Assembly: GCA_965217575.1 (NCBI GenBank)
Contig: OZ244558.1
Span: 1,915,507 to 1,979,506, forward strand
Reading direction: 5' to 3'
DNA length: 64,000 nucleotides
From: Pyrinomonadaceae bacterium
GTDB lineage: Bacteria; Acidobacteriota; Blastocatellia; Pyrinomonadales; Pyrinomonadaceae
Shown here: positions 28,801 through 38,597 of the stretch, in pieces
Layout of the letters: each line of letters opens with the position of its first letter
How positions within the stretch are numbered: the first letter of the stretch is position 1
Program-made: the position numbers and the translations under genes
Notes under the pieces: model-generated
What the model saw: only the letters and a program-made list of their open reading frames with translations
Database searches by the model: none
Told to the model about the DNA's origin: nothing

Positions 28801-29985
28801 ATGTCACCAAACGCGCCGCAAATTTCGGCGGACAATACAAAATTCGCGCTCGTTTTCTCATACCTGAATTTTATTTTAATCGGGGTCGTCAACACTTTTC
28901 TCGGTCCGATTCTGCCTTTTTTGACCGATAAATGGACGATTAACGACGCGCAAGCCGGATATTTTCTCGCCGCGCAGTCGCTCGGCGGAATGTGCGGGAC
29001 GCTGGCGACTTCCCTGCTGTTTTCAAAAATCGGTTCGCGCTGGATTTTACTCGGCGGCTACGTTCTGCTGGCTTTGTCGCTGCTTGGAATCGGCGGAGAA
29101 GTTTGGGAAATCGGTCTTTTGTCTTCGCTTGTGTGCGGCATTTCCATCGGCATCGTGATTCCGACGACGACGCTCGTCGTCTCACAAGCCGCGCGGGAAA
29201 ACCGCGCCGCCGCGATCAATATTCTCAATTTTTTCTGGGCGTGCGGCGCGATCATCAGCCCGCTGCTTTTTTTCAATTTGACTTCGCAAACGCGGCTCAA
29301 TTTTCTTTTCATCGCGCTGGCGGCGGTCTGTCTGATATTCATCATTTTTCTGTTCAAACAGCAGAATTTCCGTCTAGCCGCCGATAAAACAAAATCTTTT
29401 TTGCGGTGGACGGAAAAACTGCTGCTGCTCGGTTCGGCGTGGCTTTACGCGCTGACGATTTTTCTGGAAATCGGCGTTGAAGCGTCGTTCAGCGGCTGGC
29501 TGGCGACTTATTCCAAACGTCTCACCGGTTCCGAATTCTGGCTGCTGATTCCCGCGCTTTACTGGACGGGATTTTTGTCAAGCCGCCTGCTTTCATCAGT
29601 TTACCTGCGGCGATTTGGCGAAAAATCGCTGATTTTGTGCGGTTTGCTGCTGGTCACGGGCGGACAAATTCTGATTCTTTCGGCAAACGAAATCAATCTC
29701 GCTTCACTCGGCGCGGTTTTCGTCGGTTTTGGAACCGCGCCGATTTTCCCGACGGCAATCGCCGTTCTCTCGGCAAAATTCGAGAAAAAAGCTCCCGAAT
29801 TAATCAGTTACATATTTTTGCTGGCGGGTTTAAGCGGAATGATTTTCTCGTGGCTGATCGGTTACGCCGCATCAGTCGCCGGCAATTTAAAAATCGCGCT
29901 GCTGATTCCGCTGGCGTGCGCGGTAATTTTGCTCGTTTCACATTTTTTCAGCCGCTTAGACAAGGCGACGGAGTTTGACGGTTAA
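28801..29985 (+). CDS. MFS sugar permease (FucP/GluP-like glucose-galactose-fucose:H+ symporter family)
   Basis: 12 predicted TM helices, N-terminal LNFILIGVVNTFLGPILPFL typical of FucP/GluP-type MFS. Confidence 0.8.
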   Translation: MSPNAPQISADNTKFALVFSYLNFILIGVVNTFLGPILPFLTDKWTINDAQAGYFLAAQSLGGMCGTLATSLLFSKIGSRWILLGGYVLLALSLLGIGGEVWEIGLLSSLVCGISIGIVIPTTTLVVSQAARENRAAAINILNFFWACGAIISPLLFFNLTSQTRLNFLFIALAAVCLIFIIFLFKQQNFRLAADKTKSFLRWTEKLLLLGSAWLYALTIFLEIGVEASFSGWLATYSKRLTGSEFWLLIPALYWTGFLSSRLLSSVYLRRFGEKSLILCGLLLVTGGQILILSANEINLASLGAVFVGFGTAPIFPTAIAVLSAKFEKKAPELISYIFLLAGLSGMIFSWLIGYAASVAGNLKIALLIPLACAVILLVSHFFSRLDKATEFDG

Positions 29986-30007
29986 AAACAAAACTTTTCG
30001 CCAAAGG

Positions 30008-30130
30008 ATGGCGGACAGCCTGTCCGCCATCAAAGCGACAGCGTAATGATGCGTCCCGTGCCAGTTAAATAAATTATCAAGTGACGCTTGCAACGGTCGC
30101 TCCGCTTCGTTGGCGGACAGGCTGTCCGCG
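30008..30130. repeat. twin near-identical palindromic hairpins (REP-like) downstream of MFS gene
   Basis: atggcggacagcctgtccgccat (30008-30030) and tggcggacaggctgtccgcg (30111-30130), ~80 nt apart. Confidence 0.4.
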
Positions 30131-30270
30131 CTCCGTCGGAGGGAAATTACTGCATTATTGCGGAAAAATATTTTCTTTCGGTGTTTTTAGAAACGATTTT
30201 TTAAACTTTTCCAAAAATTATTCGTAAATCAAACTGTGAGGGCAACGCTCGGAAGTGGTTTTGAAACGAT

Positions 30271-30843
30271 TTGAAGTTTCGCGTTGGCTTTTGGCAAATG
30301 CTTCTCTTTACCATAATTTTCTTTGCAATGTTGATGGTCGTCAGCGCGGCGGCAATTGGCGGATTCTCTGTTTATCTGAAACGCCGCGCGAAATCTCTCG
30401 AATCGGACAATCAAAAACAATTTGCCGCCGCATTGCCGTATCGTTCGCTGTTTGAACCGACCGGCGAAGAAATTCGCGCGTTTGAACGCGAAGAAATCGC
30501 TGCAAATCAGGGAAAAACAAGCGAAAACGCGCGTCTTTTAACGGCGAAGAAACTTGAAAAAGTTGAAGAATGCCGAAAAATCTGGCGCGTCTCGCCGGAC
30601 AAGCGAACCACTGTCAAACTGCTGCGGCTCGCTTCCGAATCGGAAATGGCGCAAACCTTTTCCGCAATTGCCGAAGATATTATAAAAGTTTGGCGTGAAA
30701 ATCGAATCGTAAATTTGACCGCCGACAATTTGGCTGATTTGTTGGACAGCCATCTGAGAACTCTCCCCCAACAGGAAAGAACTGCGGGCGCATTGTTTTG
30801 GCTCAAACGAGAAATTATGAGTTTGCGCGCCGGGTCAGAGTAA
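30271..30843 (+). CDS. hypothetical N-terminally membrane-anchored protein (190 aa)
   Basis: Single N-terminal TM helix then charged helical region; no recognisable domain; directly upstream of flotillin-like gene. Confidence 0.5.
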   Translation: MKFRVGFWQMLLFTIIFFAMLMVVSAAAIGGFSVYLKRRAKSLESDNQKQFAAALPYRSLFEPTGEEIRAFEREEIAANQGKTSENARLLTAKKLEKVEECRKIWRVSPDKRTTVKLLRLASESEMAQTFSAIAEDIIKVWRENRIVNLTADNLADLLDSHLRTLPQQERTAGALFWLKREIMSLRAGSE

Positions 30844-30890
30844 AATTTGACGAGTTATGAATTTCTCCGCATAACTTCAAGGAAACTTCA

Positions 30891-33110
30891 ATGAATCAAA
30901 ATTTATTTGGTTTAGTAGTTGTGGCAGTCATCGTCCTGCTGGTTTTGGGCGTGATTTGGTATATCGTGACGCGCTTTTTAGTAAACATCGGCGCGACCGA
31001 AGTCGGCATTAAGGAACGCCGCTACGCGGGCAAAAAAATGTCGCAGGGACGCGTCGTCGCCACTGACGGCGAAATCGGGATTCAAGCCGACGTGCTGAAA
31101 CCCGGACTTCGTTTTGTTTTATATCCGATTGAGCGCGTCATTCAAAAAGTGCCGCTCGTGGAAATCGGCGCGGACGAACTCGGCGTAATTGATGCGGTGG
31201 ACGGCGAACCGATGCAGACCGGCTCGATTTTCGCGCCGGACAGGGCGCAGAACGCGCATAACAATTTTCAAGACCCGATTGCGTTTATCAAACAGGGCGG
31301 CGTAAAAGGCATTCAACTGCGAACGCTGCCGCCGGGAAAATGGGCGATTCACCCGTATCTGTTTCGCGTTTCGATTGCCAAAGCCGCGATGATTCCGACC
31401 GGCAAAGTCGGCATCGTCACTTCCGCCGACGGAGCGCAATTAGCGCAGGGCAGACTTTTCGGGCAAGCCGTCGCCGGTCATAAAAATTTCCAGGACGCGG
31501 AAAGTTTCATCTACAACGGCGGACAGAAAGGCGCGCAGGTCGAAGTTTTAACGCCCGGAACTTACCGAATTCACACGAATTCCATCGGTTTGAAAAATGA
31601 CAACGATATTAAGCCGGGACTTTTCAACATCAAACTTTTCGACGCGACGGTCATCAGCGAAAATTCCATCGGTTTGGTCGAAGCGTTGGACGGCGCGCCG
31701 CTCGACCCGCGCGATTACGTCGCCACGCAGATTGACGGACACGATAATTTTCAGGACAGCAACGTCTTTATCTCGAACGGCGGACAGCGCGGACCGCAGA
31801 AAGATATTCTGCTGCCCGGAACTTATTACATCAATCCGCTGCTGTTCAAAGTGATTCCCGACTCGGCGAAGGAAGTCAAACCGGGCGAAGTCGCAGTCGT
31901 CGTCTCGAACGTCGGCAAAGACCCCGGCGAAGAAATCCGGCAGGCGATGGCGGCGAAAATCCGCGAACGGGTCGAACGCGAAGAAGAACAGCAAGTGAAC
32001 ATCGCGGCGGAAAAACTCGACAGAGTGGACAGCGACAATTTGACGATTGACCAGATCAAAGCCGAATTGACGAGCGACCCGGCGGACAAGCGGCTCGACA
32101 GCGGAGCGCACGAAGCCTACGTCGTGCCGGAAGGTTATCGCGGCATTCAGGAAACGGTCGTCGGTCCCGGCAGATATTACGTCAATACGCTGGCGACGAC
32201 CCCGATTATCATTCCGACGACGAATATGACGGTCGAATGGACGGCGGAAAATACGACGAATTCGTTCGATCCGTTCGCCGTCATCTCGAAAGACGGTTTT
32301 ACGATGCAATTGGAAGTACGCGTTGTTTTCAGAGTCAAACCGGAGGACGCGCCGTTTATGGTGGCGAAAATCGGCAGCACCGACAAGCTGATTCAAAATG
32401 TGATGCACCCGCTGATTGACTCGATTTTCCGCAACCAAGCGTCGGAATCGTCGGCGATGGCTTACTTGCAGAATCGTCACGAAGAACAGGAACGCGCCGA
32501 AGCGCGAGTGCGGATGCACCTTTTGAAATATCACGTTGACGTGGTGAACGTGCTGATCTGCCACATTCACCTGCCGGAAGCGTTGATGAAAACGCAGACC
32601 GAAAAAATTCTCGCCGAGCAGAAACAGGGAATGTTCAACGCCCAGCGCGAAGCCGAAATCAAACGCATCGAACTCGAAAAAACCAGTTCGCAGGCGGACA
32701 ACCAGCGCAGTTTGATGGAAGCGACGGTCGGAGTGGAAATCTCCGCCAAACGCTCGGAACAGCGCAAACGCCAAGCCGAAGGCGAAGCCTACTACATCAG
32801 CGAAACCGGCAAATCCGAAGCCGAAAAAGTCCGCTTGATGGGCGAAGCACAGGGCGTGGCATATCACGAACAAGTCAACGCGCTCGGCGCAAACGGCGTG
32901 GCGTTGATCGAAACGCTCAAAGTCATCGGCGAAAAAGGCGTTCGCATCACGCCCGACATTATGGCTTCGGGCGGCAACGGCAGCGGTTCGGGCGAAGGCG
33001 GCGGCATCGGCACACTGCTTTTACTCAATCTTTTCCGCGACCAGATGAATAAAAACGGTAACGGCAGCGCAGTTTCAGCAGTCGCGCCGACAAACGGAGA
33101 CAAAAAATAG
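30891..33110 (+). CDS. flotillin-like (SPFH/Band-7, YqiK-type) protein with triplicated N-terminal module
   Basis: N-terminal TM helix; three ~85-aa tandem units each with H-x-NFQD...GG-x-G-Q....L-PG-Y-I-P-LF-V; C-terminal flotillin-type coiled-coil with E/A/Q/K heptads and Gly-rich tail. Confidence 0.75.
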   Translation: MNQNLFGLVVVAVIVLLVLGVIWYIVTRFLVNIGATEVGIKERRYAGKKMSQGRVVATDGEIGIQADVLKPGLRFVLYPIERVIQKVPLVEIGADELGVIDAVDGEPMQTGSIFAPDRAQNAHNNFQDPIAFIKQGGVKGIQLRTLPPGKWAIHPYLFRVSIAKAAMIPTGKVGIVTSADGAQLAQGRLFGQAVAGHKNFQDAESFIYNGGQKGAQVEVLTPGTYRIHTNSIGLKNDNDIKPGLFNIKLFDATVISENSIGLVEALDGAPLDPRDYVATQIDGHDNFQDSNVFISNGGQRGPQKDILLPGTYYINPLLFKVIPDSAKEVKPGEVAVVVSNVGKDPGEEIRQAMAAKIRERVEREEEQQVNIAAEKLDRVDSDNLTIDQIKAELTSDPADKRLDSGAHEAYVVPEGYRGIQETVVGPGRYYVNTLATTPIIIPTTNMTVEWTAENTTNSFDPFAVISKDGFTMQLEVRVVFRVKPEDAPFMVAKIGSTDKLIQNVMHPLIDSIFRNQASESSAMAYLQNRHEEQERAEARVRMHLLKYHVDVVNVLICHIHLPEALMKTQTEKILAEQKQGMFNAQREAEIKRIELEKTSSQADNQRSLMEATVGVEISAKRSEQRKRQAEGEAYYISETGKSEAEKVRLMGEAQGVAYHEQVNALGANGVALIETLKVIGEKGVRITPDIMASGGNGSGSGEGGGIGTLLLLNLFRDQMNKNGNGSAVSAVAPTNGDKK

Positions 33111-33176
33111 TTTGACGTTGAATTTAATTTGAAAAGGCGAGTTTCGGCTCGCCTTTTCTATTGAAAATTACTGAAT

Positions 33177-34808
33177 CTAATGCGCGCCCGGCGGCGGTTT
33201 GGCATTTTTCACTTTCTTGAATAAAAATGCCGTCGGAACTGCGAGAAAGCAAATGAAGGCGAGCAGTCGAAAATTATCAATATAAGCTAAAACCGCCGCT
33301 TGTCTGACCATCATTCCGTAAATCATCTGATACGCCTGCTGCCCCGCCGTTACCGCGTCGGTATGCGCCATCATCGAATTTTTAAGCTGCTCGAAAGTGC
33401 TTTGAAATGCCGGATTATACTGGTCTAAATGGGTCGAAAGCGGAACTTGATGCTGTTGCGAACCGCGCGCGAGAAAGGTCGTCATCGCCGCGATTCCGAG
33501 ACTTCCGCCCGTGTTTCGCATCAGATTGTAAATGCCCGAAGCGTTGCCGATTTCGTTGTTGGGAAGCGTTCCCATCGTCAAAGTCGTCAGCGGCACAAAA
33601 ACGAATCCCATCGCAAAACCGCTGACGATAATTGGGTAAATAATATTGGTCTGCGCGATTTCGAGGTTGATTCCGGTGAAAACGTAAGTTGAAAATCCAA
33701 GTACCAGAAAGCCGAAAATAATTAGATAACGGCTGTCAATTTTGCCGATCAGCCGTCCGACGATAATCATCGAAACGACCGAGCCGATACCGCGCGGGCT
33801 GACCGCCCAGCCGCTTTCCACCGCCGGATAACCGAGCAGAGTTTGCAAAAACAGCGGAATCAGCGCGGTCGAACCGTAAAGCACGACACCAACCGACGCG
33901 ATTAAAGCCGTGCCGATGGCGAAATTGCGATTGAGAAAAACGCGCAGATTGACAATCGGCTCTTCCGTGTAAAGTTCCCAGGCGATGAATATCAACAGCG
34001 AAAGGGCGGACATAATCGCCGTGAAAATAATTACCGGCGACGAGAACCAATCGCGCTGCTGTCCTAAATCGAGCGTTAATTCAAGTGAAGCTAATCCCAG
34101 TGCCATCAAGCCGAAACCGATATAATCAATGCGTCCGGGCTTCTGGTTGCGGATATACGGCGGGTCTTCGACAAACGTATTTGCCATAAACGCGGCGAGC
34201 GCGCCGACCGGCAGATTGATGTAGAAAATCCAGCGCCACGAATAATTGTCCGTAATCCAGCCGCCAAGAGTCGGACCGATAATCGGCGCGACGACCACAC
34301 CCATTCCGTAAACCGCCATCGCCGCGCCGCGTTTGATGGGCGGAAAACTCTCCAGCAGAACAGCTTGCGCGATTGGCTGTAACGCGCCGCCGCCGATTCC
34401 CTGCAAAATTCGCGCGAGAATTAAAATCGTTAAATTCGGAGCCGCGCCGCACAAAGCTGAAGCTGCCGTAAAAATGCCGATGGAAATAATTAGAAAGCGT
34501 TTGCGCCCGACAAACGAAGTGATCCAGCTTGTCGCCGGCAGAATTATCGCGTTTGAAATCAGATAACTCGTCAAAACCCACGTCGCTTCATCGGTCGTCG
34601 CCGAAAGATTTCCGGCGATATGCGGCAGCGCGACGTTGGCGACGGAAGTATCAAGAACTTCCATCACGGTCGCCAGCATTACCGAAACCGCAATCAGCCA
34701 CGGGTTGAAACTCGGCATCCAAACCGGGGCTTCAGCAAGTGTTTTTTGAACGTCCGCATCAGGCGGCGCGGCAACGCTCGACTTTTCGACGGAGGTTTTC
34801 TCGTCCAT
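33177..34808 (-). CDS. emrB: DHA2-family MFS multidrug efflux permease (EmrB/QacA-like, 14 TMS)
   Basis: 14 TM segments, DHA2 motifs, gene directly downstream of HlyD-family adaptor. Confidence 0.85.
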   Translation of the reverse strand: MDEKTSVEKSSVAAPPDADVQKTLAEAPVWMPSFNPWLIAVSVMLATVMEVLDTSVANVALPHIAGNLSATTDEATWVLTSYLISNAIILPATSWITSFVGRKRFLIISIGIFTAASALCGAAPNLTILILARILQGIGGGALQPIAQAVLLESFPPIKRGAAMAVYGMGVVVAPIIGPTLGGWITDNYSWRWIFYINLPVGALAAFMANTFVEDPPYIRNQKPGRIDYIGFGLMALGLASLELTLDLGQQRDWFSSPVIIFTAIMSALSLLIFIAWELYTEEPIVNLRVFLNRNFAIGTALIASVGVVLYGSTALIPLFLQTLLGYPAVESGWAVSPRGIGSVVSMIIVGRLIGKIDSRYLIIFGFLVLGFSTYVFTGINLEIAQTNIIYPIIVSGFAMGFVFVPLTTLTMGTLPNNEIGNASGIYNLMRNTGGSLGIAAMTTFLARGSQQHQVPLSTHLDQYNPAFQSTFEQLKNSMMAHTDAVTAGQQAYQMIYGMMVRQAAVLAYIDNFRLLAFICFLAVPTAFLFKKVKNAKPPPGAH

Positions 34809-34821
34809 TTAAATTTATTCC

Positions 34822-36291
34822 TCAGCGAACTTTAACCGAAGGTTCGACCGACATTCCAGGCGCGAGCAGATGAGCTTTATCATCGCCCGGCTGTTGGTCG
34901 AAAACGATTTTGACCGGCACGCGCTGCACGACTTTAACGTAATTTCCCGTCGCGTTTTCCGAAGGCAAAAGGCTGAAACGCGAACCGGTTCCGGCTTGAA
35001 AACTTTCGACTTTGCCCTGAAATATTTGATTCGGATACGCGTCAACTTCAATATCTACGGGTTGTCCGACTCGCATATTGGTAAGCTGCGTTTCTTTGAA
35101 ATTGGCGACCACCCAAATATCGTCCGACTGCGAAAGTGCCAGCAAAGGCGTGCCGACCTGAACGAGTTGTCCTTCCTCCACCGATTTGCGCGTCACGGTT
35201 CCGTCTTCCGGCGCGTAAATTTTCGTGTAGGAAAGTTCGAGTTCGGCTTCGTGGACGGCGGCTTGGGCTTGCGCGATGCTCGCTTCGGCGTTGCCGACCT
35301 GCGTTTCGTTGACGGCGATCCGCTCCGGTGCGGCGTTGGCGTTCTGCAATTCTCCGATTGATTGACCGATTTGTGATTTAACTAATTCGACCTGCGCCAG
35401 CGACTGCTGGTAATTATTCTGCGCGACGGCAACGCCCGCCTGCGCTTCGCTGACGCGCGACTGCGCGGCGATGACCTGCTTTTCCGCCGCGTCGAGCTGC
35501 GCCTGCGCCGCCTGTAAATTGTTCGTCGCTTGGTCGAGCGACTGTCTGGAAATATCGCCGTTGTTGAAAAGCGTCTGCCGTCGGTTGAATTCCTTTTGCG
35601 CGAGATTCAAATTTGACTGCGCCAGCGGAACCTGCGTTCGCGTCTGACTCAAATTCGCCTGCGCGGTTTTGACTCCGCTCTGCGCCTGATTGATTTGTGA
35701 TTTTTTCGCATCGGCGGCGGCGCGCTGCTGTTCGACGTTGTTGCGCGCCGATTCTATGCCTGACTGCGCCTGCGTCTGAGTCGCGCTGGTCGTCGCGCGA
35801 GTCAGCGCGACCTGCGCCTGCGACTGATTTTTCTGCGCTTCCGCCGCGCGAAGTTGCGCCTGCGCCTGCTCTAGTTTCGTTTCGTAATCTTTCGGGTTGA
35901 GTTCAACAAGCAAGTCGCCTTTTTTAACGTGCTGGTTTGAATCAATATAAACTTTCGTCACATACGCTGAAACTTTCGGACTGATCTGCACGACATCGCC
36001 GTCAATAAATGCGTCGTCGGTCGTTTCATAATGCCGCGCGTTGAGCCAGTAAAATAAACCGCCAATCGCGCCGACTAAAACAATCGCGCCGATGATCAAA
36101 AAAGGCAGTTTGCTGCGCGGTTTTTTCTTTTCTTCAGCGGCGGCATTTTCTTCAGGCGCGCTTATCGTTCGTTCGTGTGGTTCGGTATTTCCCGTCCTGT
36201 CAACAATTAGCGGTTTATCATCCGACACTTTCGCCGCGATTGGAGTTTCTTCCGTTTTTCCCTTGTTCGGTTCTTTTATTTCTTCGTTCAT
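34822..36291 (-). CDS. emrA: HlyD-family membrane fusion/adaptor protein (EmrA-like) with long coiled-coil
   Basis: N-terminal TM anchor, extended Q/A-rich coiled-coil, C-terminal beta-barrel/lipoyl-like HlyD region. Confidence 0.8.
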   Translation of the reverse strand: MNEEIKEPNKGKTEETPIAAKVSDDKPLIVDRTGNTEPHERTISAPEENAAAEEKKKPRSKLPFLIIGAIVLVGAIGGLFYWLNARHYETTDDAFIDGDVVQISPKVSAYVTKVYIDSNQHVKKGDLLVELNPKDYETKLEQAQAQLRAAEAQKNQSQAQVALTRATTSATQTQAQSGIESARNNVEQQRAAADAKKSQINQAQSGVKTAQANLSQTRTQVPLAQSNLNLAQKEFNRRQTLFNNGDISRQSLDQATNNLQAAQAQLDAAEKQVIAAQSRVSEAQAGVAVAQNNYQQSLAQVELVKSQIGQSIGELQNANAAPERIAVNETQVGNAEASIAQAQAAVHEAELELSYTKIYAPEDGTVTRKSVEEGQLVQVGTPLLALSQSDDIWVVANFKETQLTNMRVGQPVDIEVDAYPNQIFQGKVESFQAGTGSRFSLLPSENATGNYVKVVQRVPVKIVFDQQPGDDKAHLLAPGMSVEPSVKVR

Positions 36292-36308
36292 TTAAAAATC
36301 AACTCTCT

Positions 36309-36332
36309 GTAAGTAAGTAATCACTTACTTAC
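36309..36332. promoter_or_regulatory. perfect 10-bp-arm palindrome immediately upstream of emrA start
   Basis: gtaagtaagt aatc acttacttac, 18 nt from the emrA start codon in the emrA/M16 divergent intergenic region. Confidence 0.4.
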
Positions 36333-36467
36333 TTTATGCCATTTTTTAGCCGGTTTGTCAATTTGAAAAAATATTTCTGAACCTGGCTGACAACAGTCCG
36401 CGAGACCTCAAGCGGGAAGATTCGCAGAAGAAAAATTTTGTGCTACGATTAAACTTTTGAATTTAAA

Positions 36468-37760
36468 ATGAAAAAGAAAATAGAAATAACCAGATTTGCC
36501 AGTAATTTAACCGTTCTTACCGATCAAATGCCTGATGTTCGCTCGGTGACACTCGGATTTTTTTTCCGCACGGGCGCGCGCCACGAACCGAATGAATTAA
36601 ACGGCATTTCGCATTTTATCGAACACGCCGTTTTCAAAGGCACAAGCAAACGAAACGCCTTGCAGATTGCGATTGAAACCGACCGTTTGGGCGGCAATCT
36701 CGACGCTTTCACAATGCACGAAGAAACCGGATTTGCGATTAAAGTCGTTGACAATCAGCTCGAAAAAGCCTTTGATTTGCTCGCCGATATGCTGGTCAAT
36801 CCGCTTTTCGACGAAAAAGAATTAAGGCGCGAACAGAAAGTTATCATCGAAGAAATCAAGATGATCGAAGATTCGCCCGAAGATTTTTTGGGCGAGCTTT
36901 TCAGCGAACGGCTTTTTCCGAATCATCCGCTCGGACTTTCGATTGCCGGAACGCCGAAATCCGTCAGAACTTTCAACAGCGAAATAACGCGCAAGTTTCA
37001 CGAAAATGTTTTTAATCCGTCAAACTTAATCATCGCGGCGGCGGGAAACGTCGAACACGCGCAAATTATGGATTTAGCGGAAAAGTTTTTTGTTCAAAGT
37101 TCAAAGTCCAAAGTTCAAAGTTCAGAAAACCAAAAACCAAAAGCCAAAGATCAAAAACCGATTCTCGCCGCGCCGATTTTGATAAAGAAAAACAAAAACC
37201 TCGAACAGGCGCATCTGGTCATCGCCGCGCCGTTTGTTGACGCGAAAAGCGAAAGTCGTTATGCCGCCGATGTTTTGGCAAACGCGCTCGGCGGCGGAAC
37301 TTCGTCGCGTTTGTGGCAAAAAGTGCGCGAAGAAAAAGGTTTGGCTTACAGCGTCGGCGCGAGCGCGGCGATGTATCAGGACTGCGGCGTTTTCTCGATT
37401 TACGCCGGAACTTCGCCGAAACAAACCGGCGAAGTTTTGGACATCTGCATCGAAGAACTGCGCGAAGTCGTCAAAAACGGCATTACTGAGCAAGAATTGG
37501 AATTGATTAAAGAACAGTCAATCGCTTCGATTCTGCTCGGCTTGGAAGATTCAAGCGTCCGCGCCGGAACTCTGGCGCGTCTGGAAATGGTTCACGGCAG
37601 ACAAATTTCCGTCGAAGAAACTATTCAAAAAATCGAAGCCGTCACAATTGAAGAAGTACAAAGTCTGGCAAAGGAATTTTTCCAAACCGAGAAACTTTCC
37701 TTCGGCGCGCTGGGAAATTTGAACGGTTTGAAGATCAAACGCGAACGGTTGGAAATGTAA
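36468..37760 (+). CDS. M16 family zinc peptidase (pitrilysin/insulinase-like)
   Basis: Inverted zinc-binding motif HFIEH and downstream Glu region. Confidence 0.8.
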   Translation: MKKKIEITRFASNLTVLTDQMPDVRSVTLGFFFRTGARHEPNELNGISHFIEHAVFKGTSKRNALQIAIETDRLGGNLDAFTMHEETGFAIKVVDNQLEKAFDLLADMLVNPLFDEKELRREQKVIIEEIKMIEDSPEDFLGELFSERLFPNHPLGLSIAGTPKSVRTFNSEITRKFHENVFNPSNLIIAAAGNVEHAQIMDLAEKFFVQSSKSKVQSSENQKPKAKDQKPILAAPILIKKNKNLEQAHLVIAAPFVDAKSESRYAADVLANALGGGTSSRLWQKVREEKGLAYSVGASAAMYQDCGVFSIYAGTSPKQTGEVLDICIEELREVVKNGITEQELELIKEQSIASILLGLEDSSVRAGTLARLEMVHGRQISVEETIQKIEAVTIEEVQSLAKEFFQTEKLSFGALGNLNGLKIKRERLEM

Positions 37761-38308
37761 TGCGAAGCGAAATAAAAACGGAAAATCTAATTTTGCGAAA
37801 ATACGAAATGACTTTCGCGCCGCTGCTTTTTGAAGCCGCGACGGAATCGAAAGGCGGTGATTTTTCGTATTGGATGCCTTGGTGTCTAGAAAATTATAAG
37901 TTTGAAGACAGCGAAAATTTTATTGAAAAGGTTACAGGAAAATGGAAAAGCGGAACGATTTTCGGCTTTGCAATCTTCGACGCGAAAACCGGTGAATTTT
38001 TGGGCGGCATCGGCTTGAATCAGCCGAACAATGTTCATAAATTTTACAATCTCGGCTATTGGATTCGCACATCGCAGCAAAATCGCGGCATTGCCAGCGA
38101 AGCGACGCGATTTTTAGCGCAGACGGCTTTTGAAGAATTGCCGATCAACCGCATCGAAATTCTCACCGCAATCGAAAATATTCCGAGTCAAAAAGCCGCC
38201 GAAAAATCCGGCGCGACGCGCGAAGGCGTTTTGCGAAAACGGCTCGTCATCGGCGGCAGAATCCACGACGCGGCGATGTTTTCATTTATCCGCGAAGATT
38301 TTCAATAA
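37760..38308 (+). CDS. GNAT family N-acetyltransferase (RimJ/RimL-like)
   Basis: GNAT acetyl-CoA binding motif QNRGIASEATRFL. Confidence 0.75.
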   Translation: MRSEIKTENLILRKYEMTFAPLLFEAATESKGGDFSYWMPWCLENYKFEDSENFIEKVTGKWKSGTIFGFAIFDAKTGEFLGGIGLNQPNNVHKFYNLGYWIRTSQQNRGIASEATRFLAQTAFEELPINRIEILTAIENIPSQKAAEKSGATREGVLRKRLVIGGRIHDAAMFSFIREDFQ

Positions 38309-38545
38309 ATTTTATGCTGATCAAAAAATAGTTCGGGATGACGTATTTTGTTCCAAATTCTTCGGGGTTAATGCCGGATTGCGCGACTTCGCAATATTGT
38401 TTCGAGCCGTCTTTCTTTTCGTAGGGCATCATATAAGTCATAATATAAGTATCTTCGTTGACGGGAATGGAAGTTTCCGACTTATTGCCGAGAAAAGTTT
38501 TTGAGGCAAATCCTTTTTGATCAGCCGCGATTTTGTATTCAACTA
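38286..38545 (-). pseudogene. C-terminal part of secreted hypothetical protein gene split by IS630 insertion
   Basis: Reading frame is continuous with 39737..40169 once the IS and one TA copy are removed (...KLQFQFNGFSKL|VEYKIAADQKGF...). Confidence 0.6.
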
Positions 38546-38597
38546 GTGCTTTGTTACCGAAAAGATTGCAGTAACGATCAGTTTTGTGTAACCTCGA

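Noticed and set aside
31548-32873. 441-aa minus-strand ORF inside the flotillin-like gene
   Set aside because: Arg/Phe-rich low-complexity translation antisense to a well-supported CDS; typical shadow ORF of GC-biased coding DNA.
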